Shown here piece after piece: positions 60,047 to 64,000 of a stretch of 64,000 bases of DNA. The DNA is from Bacillales bacterium. GTDB taxonomy: Bacteria; Bacillota_I; Bacilli_A; RFN20; CAG-826. The position numbers were made by a program, and so were the translations under genes. The notes beneath the pieces were generated by a model. It searched no databases and was not told the DNA's origin. It saw only the letters and a list, made by a program, of their open reading frames with translations. Numbering within the stretch: the first letter of the stretch is position 1; every line of letters begins with the position of its first letter. The stretch covers positions 336,734 to 400,733 of the forward strand of contig JBQMZB010000001.1 of the NCBI GenBank assembly GCA_052171195.1. The letters run 5' to 3'.

Positions 60047-60918
60047 TGAATAATATCTTCGGAAAATACCAAAATAAGAATACCTTATTTAACAAGTTAG
60101 ATTCTAGAATTAAGTTATTTTTTGTTATTTTTACAACTATAATAATATTTTTAAATTATGGTAATTTTTTGAACAACTTTGTTATATATACATTTTTTTA
60201 TTTGTTATTAATTATTTTATTAATTATCGCTAAAATATCATTTAAATCTATTTTAAAATCAATATTATCTTTATGGGTATTGTTTACTTTATTATTTATT
60301 ATCAATTGTTTTTTTCCTAATAAAAATTATTCACATATTTTATATAAATTTAATAATGGTTTTATTATATATATCGAATCTTTATTCCATACTTTGAAAG
60401 TCTTGCTTAGAATAATTTTAATTTTAGCGTTAACTTCTATTTTAACTGAATCTACACCGCCTCTAGAAATAACTAATTGTTTAGAATGGTATATGAAACC
60501 ATTGAAATTATTAAAATTTCCAGTTGAAATTATTTCTATGACTATTGCTTTATCTTTACGTTTTATCCCAACATTACTAGAAGAAACTCAAAGAATTTTA
60601 ATAGCTCAAAAATCAAGAGGGGTAGATTATAATAAAGGAAGTTTCTTTAAAAAAATTAAATCATATACAAGTTTAATAATTCCTTTACTTGTTAATTGTT
60701 TTTCTAGAAGTAGAGACTTAGCATATGCCATGGATGCAAGAGGCTATGATCCTTACGAGAAAAGAAGTCATTACAGAGTATTAAAAGTGCATTATTTTGA
60801 TTTTATATTTTTATTATTTGTTTTATTAGTTAATGGATTATTTATTTATTTATCAATTTTATTATCTAATAATAAATTAGATTTATTTAATATTATTTTC
60901 AATATGGAGAGTTTTTAA
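60046..60918 (+). CDS. ecfT: Energy-coupling factor transporter transmembrane subunit EcfT
   Basis: 290 aa polytopic protein with 'ARGYD' near the C-terminus. ecfA1-ecfA2-ecfT-truA order as in Bacillus. Confidence 0.8.
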   Translation: MNNIFGKYQNKNTLFNKLDSRIKLFFVIFTTIIIFLNYGNFLNNFVIYTFFYLLLIILLIIAKISFKSILKSILSLWVLFTLLFIINCFFPNKNYSHILYKFNNGFIIYIESLFHTLKVLLRIILILALTSILTESTPPLEITNCLEWYMKPLKLLKFPVEIISMTIALSLRFIPTLLEETQRILIAQKSRGVDYNKGSFFKKIKSYTSLIIPLLVNCFSRSRDLAYAMDARGYDPYEKRSHYRVLKVHYFDFIFLLFVLLVNGLFIYLSILLSNNKLDLFNIIFNMESF

Positions 60919-61646
60919 TGAGATGTGTAATTAAATTTAGTTATGATGGTTCTAACTATTCAGGATATGCACGACAAAAAAGTTCCTCTAACACTATTCA
61001 AAGTATAATAGAAGATAATTTATCAATTATATTAAATAAAAAAACCAAAATATATGCTTCTGGTAGAACTGATAAAGGAGTCCATGCTATTAATCAATTT
61101 GCACATTTTGATTTAGATAATAGCTTTGATTTAGACAAAATCAAATATAGTTTAAATAAAATGATACCTAATGATATTTATATAAAGGATATTAAAAGAG
61201 TTAAAAATAATTTTAATTGTAGATATGATGCTATAGAGAAAACTTATTTATACATATTGAATAATAAAGAATATGACTCTATTTTTAGAAATTATGAGAT
61301 ATATAATCATCACATAAATCTTGAAAAGTTGAAGGAAATAAAAACAGTATTTGAAGGTGAACATTGTTTTATTAATTTCACTTCTAAAATAGAAGATAAA
61401 TTTGATTTTGTTAGGAATATTAAACAAATAAAAATTGTTATAAAGAATAAAAAAATATATGTTTATTTTACTGCGGATGGTTTTATGAAATATCAAGTTA
61501 GAAAAATCATGGGGACTATGATTGCATATTCTGAGGGAAGAATTAGTAAAGAAAAAATACTAAAATATTTTGAAACAAAAGAAAGAAATATTATGAATTT
61601 CACAACATATCCAAAAGGCTTATATCTTTTTAGTGTTAAATATTAA
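60918..61646 (+). CDS. truA: tRNA pseudouridine(38-40) synthase
   Basis: 'ASGRTDKGVHA' catalytic Asp motif. Confidence 0.87.
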   Translation: MRCVIKFSYDGSNYSGYARQKSSSNTIQSIIEDNLSIILNKKTKIYASGRTDKGVHAINQFAHFDLDNSFDLDKIKYSLNKMIPNDIYIKDIKRVKNNFNCRYDAIEKTYLYILNNKEYDSIFRNYEIYNHHINLEKLKEIKTVFEGEHCFINFTSKIEDKFDFVRNIKQIKIVIKNKKIYVYFTADGFMKYQVRKIMGTMIAYSEGRISKEKILKYFETKERNIMNFTTYPKGLYLFSVKY

Positions 61647-61726
61647 AATATTTAAAATAGACGCTTAGAATTGTAGCAATTAATATTTATAAGTAGTAAA
61701 ATTATAATGATTAGGAGATTATATTT

Positions 61727-62431
61727 ATGGGAAGACATTTTGAGGTAAGAGCTGCTTCAATGGCTGCTACTGCCAAAGCTAAAAGCGCAATTTATATGCG
61801 TGCATCAAAAGAAATTTACGTTGCCGCCAAGAGTGGCACTCCCGATCCAAATAGTAATTTAGCTTTAAGAGCAGCTATCGATAAATATCGTAAAACATGT
61901 CCTAAAGATGTTATTGAAAGAGCTATTAAGAAAGCACAAGGTGGAGATGTTACTAACTATATCGAAGGAAGATATGAAGCATTTGGACCTGGGAACAGTT
62001 ATTTAATTATTGATACTTTATCAGATAATAATAATCGAGCATTTTCTACAGTTCGTTCATCCATTACAAAAAAAGGTGGACATTTAGGTAGTGTAGTTTA
62101 TAATTTTGAACAATGTGGATTATTAGTATTTAATTATCAAGGAAGTCAAGAGGAATTAGAAGAAGCACTTATTTTAGGAGAAGTCGATTTAAGGGAAATT
62201 GATTCTGAAGATGGTGTTTTTGAAGTTGTTGTCAGTCCTGAGGATTTAGAAAAAGCTAAACATGTTTTAAAAACAATTAATGTTGATAACTATGATATTT
62301 GTGAAATTAGAATGTTAGCAAATGACAGAATTAATTTAGAAGGCGAAGATAAACAGAAATTTGAAGAACTTTTAAGAGATTTAGAAGATAATGAAGACGT
62401 ACAAAATATTTATCATAATGTAAATTTATAA
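61727..62431 (+). CDS. YebC/PmpR-family transcriptional regulator
   Basis: 234 aa, 'MGRHFEVRAASMAATAKAKS' is the canonical YebC N-terminus. Confidence 0.85.
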   Translation: MGRHFEVRAASMAATAKAKSAIYMRASKEIYVAAKSGTPDPNSNLALRAAIDKYRKTCPKDVIERAIKKAQGGDVTNYIEGRYEAFGPGNSYLIIDTLSDNNNRAFSTVRSSITKKGGHLGSVVYNFEQCGLLVFNYQGSQEELEEALILGEVDLREIDSEDGVFEVVVSPEDLEKAKHVLKTINVDNYDICEIRMLANDRINLEGEDKQKFEELLRDLEDNEDVQNIYHNVNL

Positions 62432-62449
62432 ATATTGAGAGGTATAAAT

Positions 62450-63328
62450 ATGATAAAAAAAGTTGAATGGGCTGTTGTTCCTTGCGCTGGTAAAGGTACT
62501 AGATTCTTACCAATTACAAAAGGTGTAGCAAAAGAAATGCTACCTATAATCGATAGACCAACTCTTGATTATATTGTTGAAGAATTAATTAATAGTGGTA
62601 TTAAAAATATTGTATTTATTATTTCTAGGGGGAAAAAAGAAATTAATAAATTCTATGATAGAAATGAAGAATTTGAAAAAGATTTAATTTTAAATGGTAA
62701 AGATAAATACGCTGAATTAATTAAAGATATATCTTTGAAAGACAATTTTTATTATGTTATCCAAGAAGAATTGTTAGGATTAGGACACGCAGTATTACAA
62801 GCTAAAAATGTTATAAAAGATAATAACTTTGTTGTCTGCTGTGGAGACGATATTTGCACATATAAAAATGTTCCACCTACCAAACAATTAATAGATTGTT
62901 TTATTAATAATGAAACAAAATGTGTTGTTGGTGGTCAAAAAGTAGCGCATGAAAACATAGTAAAATATGGCTGCATGGATGTATTAAAACAAATTGATGA
63001 TAAAACTTATTTATTGAAAGATATTATTGAAAAACCTGAATTAGATAAAGCACCTAGTGATTTAGCTTCATTGGGCAAATGGATATTTTCAAGCGATATT
63101 TTTAAATATCTTGAAAAAACTCCTAAAGGTAAAGGCGGAGAAATTCAATTAACTGACGCTATTGCTTTATTAATGAAAGATTATCCAATTTATTTTTATG
63201 ATTTTGATGGAAGAAGATATGATTGTGGAGATAAATTTGGTTTCTTTACCGCTATTGTAGATTTCGCATTAGAAAGAGATGATTTAAAAGATAAAGCAAG
63301 AGAGTATATTAAAAATCTTGAAATTTAA
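62450..63328 (+). CDS. galU: UTP--glucose-1-phosphate uridylyltransferase
   Basis: 'AVVPCAGKGTRFLPITKGVAKEMLPIIDRPTL'. The start is taken at 'MIKK' (62450), which follows a GAGAGG SD, and the listed ORF begins upstream at 62435. Confidence 0.85.
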   Translation: MIKKVEWAVVPCAGKGTRFLPITKGVAKEMLPIIDRPTLDYIVEELINSGIKNIVFIISRGKKEINKFYDRNEEFEKDLILNGKDKYAELIKDISLKDNFYYVIQEELLGLGHAVLQAKNVIKDNNFVVCCGDDICTYKNVPPTKQLIDCFINNETKCVVGGQKVAHENIVKYGCMDVLKQIDDKTYLLKDIIEKPELDKAPSDLASLGKWIFSSDIFKYLEKTPKGKGGEIQLTDAIALLMKDYPIYFYDFDGRRYDCGDKFGFFTAIVDFALERDDLKDKAREYIKNLEI

Positions 63329-63339
63329 GTGGGGATATT

Positions 63340-63879
63340 ATGATTAGATATATTAAGGGGAATAGCAAATATTTAGATGAAGTTTTAGATTTATTTTATA
63401 GAGTAAATGACCACTTCTTAAGAAAAGGCGTTGCTTTATATAAAGGAGAAAACCTTCCTGAAAAAAGTCACTTTGTTGAGTATTTAAGTAAGAATGATAG
63501 TACGATATTAGCGTTAGACGATGAAAAAGTTATTGGTTTTATAACTTCATATAGCTCTGATAAATTTTTAAATTTATTTAAAGGTTATGAAGAAAATTTA
63601 TTACTTGAAAAATACCATATTAACGATTATAAAGATCGTATAATTGGTTATTTCCTAATTTTCTTAGATCCAGAATATAGACACCAAGGAATAACTACTA
63701 AAATGGTTGAGCTTATGAATAAAAGATTTGTAGGTCAATATATCTTATTTTTAGTTAATAAAGAAAATCGTAGATTTATTAAGGTAGCATCTAAAGTTGA
63801 TTTTGAATGTTTAGGTGAAGAAAGAATAGATGATACTGATTATTATTTATTTGCAAAAAACCAATTAAGTGATTTTTAG
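63340..63879 (+). CDS. GNAT-family N-acetyltransferase
   Basis: 179 aa, 'FLDPEYRHQGITTKM' (R/Q-x-x-G-x-G/A acetyl-CoA motif). Confidence 0.5.
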   Translation: MIRYIKGNSKYLDEVLDLFYRVNDHFLRKGVALYKGENLPEKSHFVEYLSKNDSTILALDDEKVIGFITSYSSDKFLNLFKGYEENLLLEKYHINDYKDRIIGYFLIFLDPEYRHQGITTKMVELMNKRFVGQYILFLVNKENRRFIKVASKVDFECLGEERIDDTDYYLFAKNQLSDF

Positions 63880-64000
63880 TTTAAATAAATAGCAACTTAT
63901 TAAATAAAAGTATTTTAATAGTTCTTTTATTTAATTTTCATGAGGGATATATATAAAATATTTATATATAACTCTAAAACTATTGAAATGATTTAGTAAT

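Noticed and set aside
38125-61496. Antisense or internal ORFs 38125..38448-, 47234..47431-, 48231..48440-, 50166..50480+, 51570..51761+, 58739..59152-, 59470..59739- and 61248..61496-
   Set aside because: They are embedded in PFOR, trxB-like, whiA, cadA, ecfA1/A2 and truA respectively. All look like AT-rich antisense artefacts.
1-64000. Mycoplasma/Spiroplasma genetic code (TGA=Trp), CRISPR arrays, IS elements
   Set aside because: All long conserved genes are intact when TGA is read as stop. No repeat-spacer periodicity or transposase-like ORF was found anywhere in the window.

Overview
AT-rich (~27-30% GC by eye) bacterial chromosomal segment using the standard genetic code (TGA is a stop, Trp is TGG), from a low-GC Bacillota/Mycoplasmatota-like organism. 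An Acholeplasma/RF39/Erysipelotrichia-type lineage is an inference from ribosomal-protein extensions, the missing L30 gene, Bacillus-like synteny, PFOR and LDH. The core of the window is a complete S10-spc-alpha ribosomal super-operon (rpsJ to rplQ, about 3.8-18.9 kb), with secY, adk, map, infA and rpmJ and no rpmD. Several r-proteins in it carry lineage-specific low-complexity extensions. Flanking housekeeping genes include a partial queH, a small polysaccharide/glycosyl-transfer cluster, ldh, def, rsmD-coaD, a BMP-family nucleoside ABC transporter, two tRNA-Ser genes, proS, PFOR (nifJ), uvrA, lgt, a TrxB-like gene, whiA, L-serine dehydratase, a cadC-cadA metal-efflux pair with a palindromic operator, smpB, pepT, ecfA1-ecfA2-ecfT-truA, yebC and galU. 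The most interesting accessory element is a solo, visibly more AT-rich gene (20703..22019). It encodes a SIR2_2-type (PF13289-like: GAG / NYD / HxHG motifs) NADase-like domain behind a roughly 170-aa N-terminal domain of unknown function. It sits between ldh-HAD and def and is a candidate single-gene anti-phage defence determinant. Other notable items are an ABC-F ATPase gene broken by a 1-nt frameshift in a T-run, and a membrane-anchored degenerate (GGDEF-like)-EAL-like protein beside a tRNA-Ser. There is also a TrxB homologue that lacks the NAD(P)H-binding glycine motif (a possible ferredoxin-linked TrxR, given PFOR nearby) and an Lgt with a long N-terminal membrane extension. No CRISPR array, transposase or integrase was seen.
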